Shown here piece after piece: positions 12,297 through 24,815 of a stretch of 64,000 bases of DNA. Under the pieces are notes generated by a model that was not told the DNA's origin, did no database searches, and worked only from the letters and a program-made list of their open reading frames with translations. The stretch's first letter is position 1, and every line of letters starts with the position of its first letter. Position numbers and translations under genes: made by a program. The DNA is from Antedon mediterranea (taxonomy: Eukaryota > Animalia > Echinodermata), in contig NC_092672.1 of the NCBI RefSeq assembly GCF_964355755.1, positions 13,020,001 through 13,084,000 of the forward strand, given 5' to 3'.

Positions 12297-15200
12297 ATGG
12301 ATGGAAAAGCAATTCAAGCGGGAGAACCTGTGGTAATGATGGTTGATGGAGGAGTCAGCCATTTAGTTACCCCTCCCTCGAGACAAAACAGAGAGACCTG
12401 GAGTAAGAAGATTGATTTTCTACTGTCAGTCATTGGTTTCTGTGTGGATCTTGGGAATGTTTGGAGGTTTCCACACATATGTTTAAAAAATGGCGGGGGT
12501 AAGTTAACTTTATAATTCAATCTAGTGCAACAAAATAACTACACAAACTTCATTTACAAATACAGAAAAATATAGTTCTGTTCATATACATTTGTAGTAA
12601 TAAGAATTTACACTGATCATATCGGAGTTGTATCCGATGTAAGTTCCAGTGATTTGTTTATTCACTCTCTTACATCCCGTATCATCTCCAAACAAATGTT
12701 GGTGTGCATCCGATATTATTCCGATATGTAACTTTGAGCGCCGCACAAGTTTTACCGATTGAATAATGTTTTGCTTTAATAGACAAAAGGTCGTATAGTA
12801 GCTTATAAAAGGCGTTTGATATTAGGGTGAAAGACGGATGATACATAATGTAATGAGAGAATTTAACATACACAACTTATGCAATGAAAGCTGACATCCA
12901 GAACATTTTGTTTTGCGGTGCTCAAGATTTCGAAGGAAACGTGCACAGCATAGAAATCAGTGCAGTGATGAAAAAATGAAGAATTGTTTATAATAAATAA
13001 ATAAATCTATAGTGGCTTTGAGTCTCCAGTTACCATCCGGTAATCTGACTGCATATTGGTCATTTTTCAAGATCCCAATAAACACTTTATATATACTTGT
13101 TTCTGTCAACCTACAATAGATAATAATGACTTGGTGTTTTGTGATCTCCCCGCCACCTCAATTTGTGTTCATTAATATTATTAAATACTTTCGATCGCTA
13201 ATTTCACTTGATTATTTTCACTCTTTCCGGATTGGTGCTCCTAAAACTATCAAATATACAAAACTGGCTTTATTGTTTATTGGATTATTTGCTCAAGACA
13301 ATCCATTTTTAATCTACGCGCGGGAAACTGAACCTCCATCAGGATTCCGAAGGCCTAGATACGGCGACAACAATCATTGGGAGTTGCTTTTTGCTTACAT
13401 TTTAGGCTTTGGTTTGGAAGATTTTTTGATGGTCACATACAACTGAGAGTGATGAATTGCTACCTATCTCTAGCAGTGAAATAACATAAATTATATAATC
13501 TCTTTACAGGTGCTTTTTTAATTCCTTACTTGATAATGTTGATATTTTGTGGAATTCCAATGTTTTATTTGGAGCTTTCTCTTGGCCAATACAACGAAAC
13601 CGGAGCTATAACTACGTGGGATAAAATATGCCCATTATTTAAGGGTAAGTGAGATTTTCTCTTTGCAATCCTTTATTTATAACTAACAAATACTATACTA
13701 AACTATATTTATTTAGGAAAATATATCACATTAAGCAGGAGCTAATTGTAGCTGGGCTTTATTTGTCCCGTCGATGATGCAGCTGTGCTTGCAAAACAAT
13801 TACATTTTCATATTTTATTTTGAATTTAATGTATTATGAAATCATCATTGACTTATACATAAACATATCAATGACGATGATGAGGTTAATGATCGGATGA
13901 TTACACAGTAAGTTGTGGAACACTATTTATGCATTAGGATTGCCGTGAACACTATAAGCCTAATGATGTTTATAGTGATACAGTATATATTTATTTAATT
14001 ATAATAATATCTGTAAGTACTGTAATTTGGAATGCAAATATATTTTGTGTATTAATGAAGTATGCCAATAGGATACATAAACGGTCGTAATGAATAACTG
14101 AGGCCTATATTAATTAGAATACACTCGATGTATGGGTATTATTGCTATCACCATTCAGGACGTTAATCATTATTGATTACAGGTATTGGTTGGGCAGTTG
14201 TACTGATTGCTTTCTTTGTGGACTTCTACTACAACGTTATTATTGGTTATGCATTTTATTACTTTTTCGCATCGTTTAATCTGAATGGTGTTCCCTGGGC
14301 TTCTTGTGATAATGATTGGAATACAGAAGACTGTTATGCACCAGACGGATTCAGTAGAAACATCTCAAATGAGTCAGAGTCAGCTGCAACGCAATATTAT
14401 GAGTAAGTAATCCAAGAGGCTAATTACAATCTAAAACGATTAACTAGGCCTATAGGCCTAAGTATAATGGTGACATATTATTATTTAACACCTAAATACA
14501 TTCCTGCCATTTGATTGAGCGCTTGTAAGTCACATGGCGTCCAATACTACGTACCATTTAACAATTAACGTGTATAGTGTCTCTTTCATTTTTATCGTAA
14601 TACGAAAAAAATCTTCTCGCTTACGAAAAAAAAAAAATCTGCATGGAATCCAATATAACAGCACCGTCTGTTGTTCTCTCTCCTTCACAACAACAAGATA
14701 ACAATGGCAATGGCAAGAATCTACTCAGATGCTATAAAAAACAAATAATAAATGTTTTTATATTCGGTGAAATATGAAATTATATTTTCAAGAGGGGAAT
14801 CTTTCACCTCATGAAATTATTTGTACCATCGCACTCATAAACATGCTTAAATTGGATGATTAAAAAACCCCCAAAAAATGGCAATGATGAATATTTAGTT
14901 TAGAAAAAAAATCTCCAAAATTTTTGGTGACGATTTTCTGTTCGATGCTATAACATCTACACTGTATAATATTGGTTGGTGAAAAAAAATTACAATGAAC
15001 ATAATTTCCGGCTAATTGTCTACTTTGACAATACTTTCTTTAAAAGTAATATTGTTTTTGGTCTATTAAAAATCATAATATTAGGACTAATTATCTCATT
15101 TTAACCAAATAAAAAACTAATAACTTTCTGTCTTAAAAAATGTTTTAGTTTAGTGAAAAGACACAGACAATTGTAAAGGTAGGGTTAATATTACTCTGCT

Positions 15201-18200
15201 CTGCAATATTTTTCTTGACTGTTTTACTTTATCGTCCGTTTTATATCTCTATTGGGATCCAGCTACTGATATCCACATCATTGCCATTTTAAAGTAATTT
15301 GCTATTTGATTCAATACGTGTTTATATCTTCAATCGAATACAGGCGTAAGGTGCTGGAGCTACATATGAGTGATGGTCTGAAAGACATTGGAAGTATAGT
15401 TTGGGGGCCAACCATATGCCTGCTACTAGTGTACATAATATGTTACTTCAGTCTTTGGAAAGGAATAAAAGGATCCGGAAAGGTAACCAATTAATATTTT
15501 GACCATCATACATTTATTCATTCATTCAGTCAAAAACAATTACAATAGCATATATAGGCCTCAAGAAAAATGTATGAAAACAAGATAAGCAATATAGAAT
15601 GTTAAAATGGTACACCTTTCATTAAAAGCAGAAAACATAATCAAAGACAAGTTTTTAAAAGAACTGTAGACAATTGACGTGAGGATTTTGAAAAAAGGCA
15701 CACAAACAAAAAAACAATTAACCATGTTTATCCGTTGGTATTAGCATAGGTACTGTCAATTATTAGTAGTACTACGATTGTACTACAAACGATTTTAAAG
15801 TTAACATTTAAGTACGGTGTAGCAGCACTGTATCAATTTAATTTGAATAACTCTATCTTCAAAATTTAATAGTTTTAATTTGTTTACATCTTTTTGTGAC
15901 ATGATACCTTGGGCCTTCATTACGTATATACCGAATGAATTACTTTATAAACAAAATAACTTGTATAGTATAGGTAGTGTATCATTGCTATTGGATTTTG
16001 TATAGGTGGCGTTGGTTACGGTATTTTTAGTCGCGTGGAAGCAACTCTATAGTTCACTATGTCGGTCGGTCGGTCGGTCTGTCGGTCTGTCGGTCTGTCG
16101 GTCCGGTATCACTATGCGTTTTATCGCTTTCTGACCTTATCTTGATATCAGTTTAATCTAGCTAAGTCAAATGTTCACAGTATATTCCTTATGGCCAGGA
16201 ATCGATGTGGTTATGTTTTCACGGTGCGCAATAAAAAATTACGCGGTCAACGCACGATTTAACGAAATCACGTTTGTAATCATATCTTCACAACCATGAA
16301 TCACAATTAAATAAAATTTGGTACTCATAAATTTCAGGGCATAAATCATCATATGGCAATACAATGACGTGGCGCATGTAACGCATGCGTACGCGCGCTT
16401 AAAATTTTCAAAATTTATTTTCGATGAAATAAGAGTACGTTTCAGGCAATTTTAAGCGTTTACAAAATTGCCATGAGTGCGCAGATTTTTGCGCGCGCAC
16501 TGCACGTTAAATGTTATTGCACACTCTTTTTGCCCGATTTCTGTTTTCTTGACTTACTTTTCAACTCGAAATTACGTTATACGAGCACGTCAAAAGTGAC
16601 AGGCTACGCACGTGTAAATTAAAAAAATATAACTGTTTTTAAACATTTCAACATTTTTAAACATGTTCAGTAATTTCGGTCAGTTGGTAGGTTGGTCGGT
16701 CGGTCGGTAAACACACGCGACTGCAGCCATCTATATGGCGTTGTTTTTATAGAAGAGTCATTTTGTTTAGACAGGCTTGTATTGGTCAATTAGTAATAAT
16801 GAGATTGGACCTATTTTGTTGTTAAACAAATACTAATTTCTTTTTTAGGTGGTATGGTTTACAGCTACATTCCCGTATGTAGTGCTATTTATTCTCTTGT
16901 GTCGTGGAGTTACTTTGGAGGGTGCCTGGAAAGGAATCGAATTCTACATTATTCCTAAATTTGACAGATTAGCAAACGCTACGGTGAGAAATCAAAACTA
17001 TTCCATTTTACAGTTCGTTAGTTTAATTTATATGATGATACAGTATGGGTAGGCTACAGTGTTTAAGTTATTATAATCATCACAATGAGTGTCTATTATC
17101 GAATTTAAAGTTCTCATTAAAATATATCATAAAAACCAATGTTAAGCTGAACGTGACATTCATTTTATTTTAGGTCTGGTTAGAGGCTGCAACTCAAATA
17201 TTTTTCTCACTGGGACCGGGGTTTGGAGTGTTACTCACATTTGCTAGCTACAACAAATTTCATGACAACGTCTACAGGTTCGTTTTTTTTAATTTCAAGC
17301 TCTGTGAACCACATTTCAAAATCATTTACGCGAATTAACTGAGGTCATTGCGATACCTTCATTTGCACTTTGACCATGGACCTAGGTCCATGCTTTGACG
17401 ACAATAATTTTTCCTCAAAGTACAAAACATTTAACCCCTTAAAATGAATTACAACTTCACTGCTAAAATCGTAATCTCTTTTGTTTTATCTATGGGGATT
17501 ATGTGAAAAATTGATATTATTTATCTTAACGACTGTGTGTAATAACAAAGCCCTTGCTGATCCACATTTTCTCCAGTTATGGTCACATGTAGGCCTATAG
17601 GCATATCCAGAGAAAATGTACGTGGAAGGGATTTATCAAAAAGACCCAGACGCATCATTCTCTATTTCCAACGTGATAGGCCAGAATATGTATCCATGGC
17701 AAGATGAGAATAATAGTTTTGTAACTCGAACGTCTTAATATTGTCCCACAATTAAAAAACTAATCCACTCGTGGGGAAGGAACTCGGACCAAACCAAATA
17801 ATTTACATTTCTACGAAATGATCTGATGAAATTTTTGTAATTAGCCCAGTTGTACGGACTGAACGTCCTCCTATCTTGTATAGGCCTATTTGTGTTAGCA
17901 TCACTAATTTCTATTTACTCGTACACTGTAGAGATGCGATTGTCACGAGTTCAATCAACTGCCTAACAAGTTTCATTTCTGGATTGGTTGTCTTTGCAAC
18001 ACTTGGTCACATGGCGTTCCGACGAGGGACAGAAGTTGACAAACTGAAGGGTCTTGATGGTAATTATATATGATAATAGTATTATTATGCTAACATAATT
18101 CCATACCAGAAGTTTTAATCTATGACGACACTCAATAAATATTATTAGCTTATTACTTGTGAACCACGGTCCCTGTAGTGTTTCTTGTTTAATACTCATC

Positions 18201-21200
18201 ATTGTTATCAGATGGACTCTGGATTTAATAATGAATATGAAATATTAGATTAAAATAAAGTTTTTAATTTAATTACAGAATAGGATTATAAACAATTCAA
18301 GGTAATTCTGCTTGCACAAACTTTAAATTAAGTAATAATGATTAATTTATTCGTATTTTATTTATTTATCGTTAAATTAGGACCTGGTTTGGTTTTTATC
18401 ACATATCCAGAGGCACTTTCGATGATGCCAGGCGCAAGTTTCTGGTCATTGTTGTTTTTTCTTATGCTGATAACAATAGGATTGGATAGTTCAGTAAGAT
18501 TTGTTTTTATTATTAATTAATTAGTAGCTGTGTCGGCCCGCCTACTATAAGAAGACATCAAGAGCACAGCCTATCATGGCACAGAAGATGAGGCAGTGCA
18601 TTTTATAACATATTGGTGGTCAAAATGTCATAAGAAAAAAGTCCACTGCTTTGACAAAATATTACGAACCACGAAAAAATATGTTAACTCATCTTTTTAG
18701 GGTAAGGTGTCTCGGATTGAATACGATACCATTTTAACCCTCTGGTGATCGTGAAGTAGTTCTACGACGACAGTATTCCCTTCAGAAGGAGTCAATAGGT
18801 CTGATTGATTGAACCATAATGACTATTTCCAATTGAGAGAAATACAAGCCTATAGTCTGATTTTGTTAACCTTTATTTTTTTATGTTTTTGGGGAACATT
18901 AGATTTATCATTGACCTTTGTATAAATGACTTTGTCTTTTAATATTTAATTAGTTTGGTGGTTCTGAAGCTATCATCACTGGAATATCGGATCAATTTCC
19001 TAAAACAATCAAGAAGCATCGAGAGGTGTTCATCGCATGTCTATTTACAGTGTATTTTCTTGTGGGTCTTGCATTTATGTCTCAGGTAAATTTCATTTCA
19101 TGATCAATTCTGTTTCACCCGATAACAAATAATAGGCCTACACAGCTATGCTGTAGTGTTTTTTAAAATACACAAATGCCTCCATAATAACTGGCGTATT
19201 CCATGTAGGCCTATTGGGTTGTTTTACGCACTGAGTGGAATAAGAGACACAAATCCATATGAATATGTATTTTAGATAAAATAATTATATAGGTTTATAT
19301 ATTATACCTATTAAAACAAATCCACACATAATAAAACATTTGGTAAGGTGCATACTACTTCTTTTAGAATGTTTTGTCTTTTTTATGTCATTCCACACGT
19401 CGTCGTTTTGATTTTTGTCTGAAAATATCCAAACTCAAGTAATACACGTATGAAACGCCATATGTGCAAAAATATTTATATTTTTACTAATAAGACAACA
19501 CTGAACTCTGTCTGGAACCAAGACTATACTTCTTTGTGCTATTTGTTTCTTATAATTATTAATACTGAAAACACTTTGATTAATTCTAACGAACTATTGT
19601 AAGTATAATGGAATTGCTTTAAGATAGGCCTGATAAACACATTGCCTTTTGAATATAAATAAAATAAATACATATATATATAATTTTTATAAAGTAACCC
19701 CTTATCTATTATTTTATAGGGTGGAACATATCTATTTTCATTGTTCGATACATTCACCGCTCAATATTCTATTGTATTTGTTGTATTTTGTGAGGCCATC
19801 GCTGTATCCTGGTTTTACGGTAAGAAATGTGTAACGGCTATTATATCTAGAAATCTATGCAAAACATGAATATATTACTTAAATGTTCATATTATTTTAA
19901 AATATATATAGTTATAGGAAGACAATCAAACTATATTTATATGTACTCTCGGATACTATTAAAATGGGTTACACGGTTTCAACAAGACAAACAATACAAT
20001 AGAGAAGATTTTGTATAGTTTCAGAGTACCGAAATAGTAAAATTTAAAATCTGTGAAAAGATGATTACACATAATTTGATAATAGGTGTCGTTTCAATTT
20101 AAAAGGAAAACTATCCTTTGATAAGGCACTTTTGATGGGAACTGGTACGTTATCGAAAAGTTGTTTTTATAGTAATACCGGTACTGAATATTATGTTTAA
20201 AAGTGGTTTTGTCAAAAGTATTTGGTTTGGGTTCCTAGTTTTCGAGAATGACACCCCAATTGATATTCTTCAAACGACGACAACTTTAGCTGACCAATAC
20301 AGTATGATAACAGAAGTCCTATAAAAAATATTAATTCAACATTATATTTATTATTAATAGTAATAATAGTGCCAGTATCTAAATTATGTTGAAGGTGTGG
20401 AACGTGTTAGTGGAGATATCAAAGAAATGCTTGGTTTTCACCCGGGGCTATTTTGGCGAACTTGTTGGACTGTGGTTAGCCCAGCAATATTACTGGTAAG
20501 ATTAATATTATTATTACTGTACTGTACTACGTTCTTATCTATATACAGCTGTATCTGACCAACGATAGACATCAATTTAATTCTCTGTACACAGGGAAGA
20601 ATGTTTTTTCAGCAAATCTACATGGAAACGCTGGCCTTCCATCTTTTGTCCTGCGTACTAGTTGGTTTCTTACACCATGGACATATTTGTGTCCATACTT
20701 ACACCAACAATGATATATCACTCTCATACATACATATCATTTCGTAATTTTAAACAGAAGAACTTAAATTACGGTAATGCAACGGACCAATCAGAAACGG
20801 TGATGTGTGAGAATCATCACCTACACATCAGCTAATAATGCATTTCCGTTGTTCCTCAGGCAATTGTAATAGGTGGATTCGTGACTTATAAACCATTGAC
20901 CGTAAACGATTACAAATATCCAGGTTGGGTAATGGCAATTGGTTGGATTTTAGCGTGTTCATCTATGGCATGTATACCAATCGTTGCAATCTACAAATTA
21001 GTGACAACTAAAGGCAGTATCAAGGAGGTATGTAAACGTGAAGTATTATTTTCACAATATACCTTGTCTGCAGACACTACTTAGAGAAGTATAATGACTT
21101 GCGATAGTCAGCTTAGATGTATGTAGTGACAGCTGCAGGATCGGGTGTGCATACCAGGCGTCACCCATAGTCTTGGATGTTGCATGGCTGTCTACCATGT

Positions 21201-21526
21201 TCTCTGCCTTGTCACTTTTTACTTCATCATAATTATATTACTATTAGATGATTAAAAAATATGATTGATAAAAAATATAATTGATAAAAAATGAATACTC
21301 TATATAATATAATACAATATATTTTGCCAAAAACTTGAATAATTGTTAGAAAGTTGCAAAATCTTCACAATGCACGAACAGGATGATTAGTGTTTATTAA
21401 CATTTTGATCCTTATTTCCAGAAATTTCTGAAGAACATTACAACTCCAAAGCAGTACCCGGAGATGCCCGAGCGGGATGGTGTATTGTGGTACAGTCCAA
21501 CTATTCACAATGGTACACGATTATAA
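12297..21526 (+). CDS. SLC6A3: SLC6 monoamine transporter, invertebrate-type dopamine transporter, about 593 aa. Exons: 12297-12498, 13510-13644, 14183-14402, 15344-15482, 16849-16983, 17174-17277, 17932-18059, 18381-18493, 18954-19085, 19720-19819, 20395-20495, 20860-21027, 21422-21526
   Basis: 13 GT-AG exons sum to 1782 nt in one open frame. TM3 [17 protein letters not shown] and TM8 [14 protein letters not shown] closely match Drosophila DAT motifs, including the TM3 Asp and GGS Ser typical of invertebrate DATs; TM6 [13 protein letters not shown] present. Ends ...HNGTRL*. Confidence 0.9.
16029..16743 (+). mobile_element. HINE family 1, second full copy (intron 4 of DAT-like gene)
   Basis: Near-identical to 10712-11466 over its full length with different flanks; T-run target. 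Confidence 0.85.
17375..17392. other. 18-bp perfect palindromic insertion with 7-bp target duplication
   Basis: CTTTGAC [CATGGACCTAGGTCCATG] CTTTGAC. Confidence 0.75.
20676..20697. other. 22-bp near-palindromic insertion with 7-bp target duplication
   Basis: CTTACAC [CATGGACATATTTGTGTCCATA] CTTACAC. Confidence 0.7.
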
Positions 21527-22206
21527 ACTGTGTGTAAGAAAGCAACAATTAAGGTTTCTTGATAGCAGGGTTTGTCATAGGTATACATGTATGCTGAAAT
21601 TAGGACGTAGGAATGTCAGGAATTATGTAAGTTCTGAATTTGAGTGTGACATTTTTAAAGGATAATTTCATCCCACAATGTGTAATTGAGATGTAAACAA
21701 TGTATATATAATTATATAATATTGGTAAATTGTAATAAAAATTAGAGTATTGCCTATTAGTAAGAATAAGCTTAACGTCATATTAGTGTTGTATTAATCC
21801 AAATCTGGACCGTCAATAATGTAAATAATTCTGTTATAAGTTATTAAATATAATACATAAATTAAATTAGTTAAATCTAATATTAAGTGTATTAATATTT
21901 CGAATACTATTAATTATAATATTAAGACATCATCATCAATACGAAAATAAAGTGATGTTTGTCTTCATAATTATACTGTAGGTAGCTCTTGTAAATATTT
22001 ATAAATCATTAGTTTAATACTGAATATGAAAAATGAATTGTGTATGTATTTCTAACGTAACTAAATTTGTGTATAAGCAGCAACCTATATCGTTGGGACC
22101 AACATCAGTCCTTGTTGATGTAACGTGGTGTAGGCCTTTGGTTATGACGCGCGTTCAAAACACGCGTTGAGAAACTTACATTAATGTTAGGGCTGATGCT
22201 CTCTTA

Positions 22207-23065
22207 AGCTTGGTTCCCACTGGGACGCCAACGCAAAGACGTAGACGCAAAGTAAAGTGTGGTTCCCATTAGCGACGCAACACAAGGACGTAACGCAACG
22301 CATGTGAATTGACCAATAACAAGCGATGGCTTATTCGCTTGTGATTGTTAACTGTCTATAACTTCGCTTGTCATTGGTTAAAACGCTTGCGTTGCGTTTA
22401 CGTCCTTGCGTTACGTTCTAGTGGGAACCAAGCTTTAGTGAGTTGATTATAATCACAAGCGATAAATTATCCGAACTGTCGCTTGTCATTGGTCAAAACG
22501 CTTGCGTTGCGTTTACCTCCTTGCGTTGCGTTAGTGTAGTGTAAAGCGTGGTTCCCACTAGCGACGCAACACAAGGACGTAACACAACGCAAGTGAATTG
22601 ACCAATCACAAGCGATGGCTTATTCGCTTGTGATTGCTAAAGCGTGGTTCCCACTAGCGACGCAACGCAAGGACGTAACGCAACGCAAGTGAATTGACCA
22701 ATTACAAGCGATGGCTTATTCGCTTGTGATTGCTAACTGTCTATAACTTCGCTTGTCATTGGTTAAAACGCTTTCGTTGCGTTTACGTCCTTGCGTTACG
22801 TTCTAGTGGGAACCAAGCTTTACTGTCTATAACTTCGCTTGACATTGGTTAAAACGCTTGCGTTGCGTTTACGTTCTTGCGTTACGTTCTAGTGGGAACC
22901 AAGCTTTAGAGACGCAACACAAGCGGTCGGCCAATGATAAAGCTTCGTTCCCACTAGAACGTAACTCAAGGACGTAAACGCAACGAAAGCGTTTTAACCA
23001 ATGACAACATCCATCTTGTTATTGGTGTGAACCTTGCTTTATGTTGCGTTACGTGGGAACCAAAC
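22207..23065. mobile_element. Nested cluster of at least five copies of a ~180-bp PIF/Harbinger-type MITE (TIR AGC(T/G)TGGTTCCCACTAG)
   Basis: Complete units at 22256-22434 and 22641-22819, each inserted inside another unit (outer units start at 22207 and 22545); TWA flanks; further copies at 25261-25405, 40921-41061, and a TIR fragment at 43525. Confidence 0.85.
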
Positions 23066-23493
23066 TTTACTTGTACAGTAATTTTACAGTTCTCTATGTC
23101 TGTATAGATATTAAGTTAAGTGAATGAATGCATTATTAATATTATTGTGGTAGAAGAGTTATTTATTACGGGCTATTTATAAGGATCCTTGTTTTCATAC
23201 TTGGTTTACTCATGGATTAAATCCAGGGTTTACTGTATAGTGTCGTAAATACAGAATATGTTTACAAAAGGAGGCTTTAAAAAAAAAAAAAATCAATCTT
23301 GGAATATTTGCAGTTTAGAAAATCTATGTGCGATTCCATGATTACCAAACTATTTGTCTTCATTCTATCAACATTCTTTTGAAGATAATAAGTAGACCAA
23401 TAAAATGGTTCTTTAATTTTCAATAGAGATGGAATTAACTAATATTTCTTAATGTTTCAATTATATACATAATGATGTAGTAATAATAATAAT

Positions 23494-23622
23494 AGAGAGC
23501 TTTCGCTATCTCGGATCGGGAACGAGAACCAGCATTAATTGCCGGTTCTCGATCTCGTACTCGTTCAAAAACCCCTTACTTTCTCGGCGGCTCGTTCCCG
23601 ATCGAGATAGCGGAAGCTCTCT
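23494..23622. mobile_element. Short hairpin MITE with AAT target duplication
   Basis: AAT|AGAGAGCTTTCGCTATCTCGGATCGGGAACGAG ... CTCGTTCCCGATCGAGATAGCGGAAGCTCTCT|AAT. Confidence 0.75.
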
Positions 23623-23900
23623 AATAATTGTATCACGTTTCGTACGTCAATTTTGTAGAACTGAATTGTTTATTGTTTATAACGCATTATACCTTAGTAG
23701 ATTTTGTATGTCTCAGACCACATTTACAAGATCACTTTAAATTGTGAGCTAGAGTAGTACAGTAATAATAAAGTGAATAAAGATGTTTCTGCTACCTTAA
23801 CTTCCTTTCCAAATTCGGGCTAATGTCAATCATGTAATAACGTCACGCTGAAATCACATTTTGATCAAAAACTGTATTTTTTTTTCAAATAACCCTTTAA

Positions 23901-24255
23901 AGATGTATTGTCCCTTTGACTAATTAAAAAAAAAATAATTGAAAAAAAGTGGGTCATTTTGAAGTATCATAATATTTATTAACTTTCACCAAAAATTAGT
24001 CGAAAAAAAAAAAAATAACTGAAATAATGCAACACGCTTGTTTGGCTACTCTGTATGCATAATCATAAAACTTCCTCGCGAAAACACCTTCTCAACCGTG
24101 ACGAGTTATAAACAATCCTAATTAGATAGCGACGATTTTCGAGACGAAATGCAATCAAATTAATTTACCTGTTAATATTGTAAACTTAAAGTGAATTAAA
24201 TTAAATTTAGAATATTTTGACCTTCATTTGTTGTGTTTCAAGGGACAATACATCT
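23901..24255. mobile_element. Non-autonomous TIR element with TTAA target duplication (Kolobok-like)
   Basis: TTAA|AGATGTATTGTCCCT ... AGGGACAATACATCT|TTAA; longer, left-truncated relative at about 36560-37039. Confidence 0.75.
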
Positions 24256-24815
24256 TTAACCTATATTGAACAATTGTGTTTTAAATTAGTAAAAAGATTC
24301 ACAAGATTCTATATCTTTACGGTATATAATTCACAACTCCTTTTTTATTACAGTAAAAGTGGGTAATTTAGACCTGCATGTATTGTGTAGTAGAATGAGA
24401 GTAGGGATGGAAATGAGTTGGCATGTGTTCGTAAGCACGTATGGAATTTCAGAAAGCTCAGCAGACACAAGATGGCAATGAAAATTGCAGCTATTCGCTA
24501 TCTTGTAGTGGAAAGCGTAGCGCAATATTTTTTTTCCCGTTGGATTCATACGGAAAACTTCACCTAGTGGACAACAGCCATAACATTTAAAGTCTACATT
24601 GTCCAGGAAGATAACCTTTTAAAATTCTTGACAGAGCTTTCTCAGTTGGAATTGGTGTTCTATTCCCTTTAGATTCCGTAGTTGAATTCAAGTTAGCAGT
24701 AGCAAACAAGTCATCTATGCTGTCTAGTTAAAAAGCATGATGTATACAACACACTATCCTGAACGTAGTTCTACTGATCTGCATTATTGTAACCAGATTT
24801 GGTTCAAATTAATAT

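Noticed and set aside
22207-23065. Repeat cluster as satellite or CRISPR
   Set aside because: Resolves into nested TIR-bounded MITE copies also found dispersed in the window.
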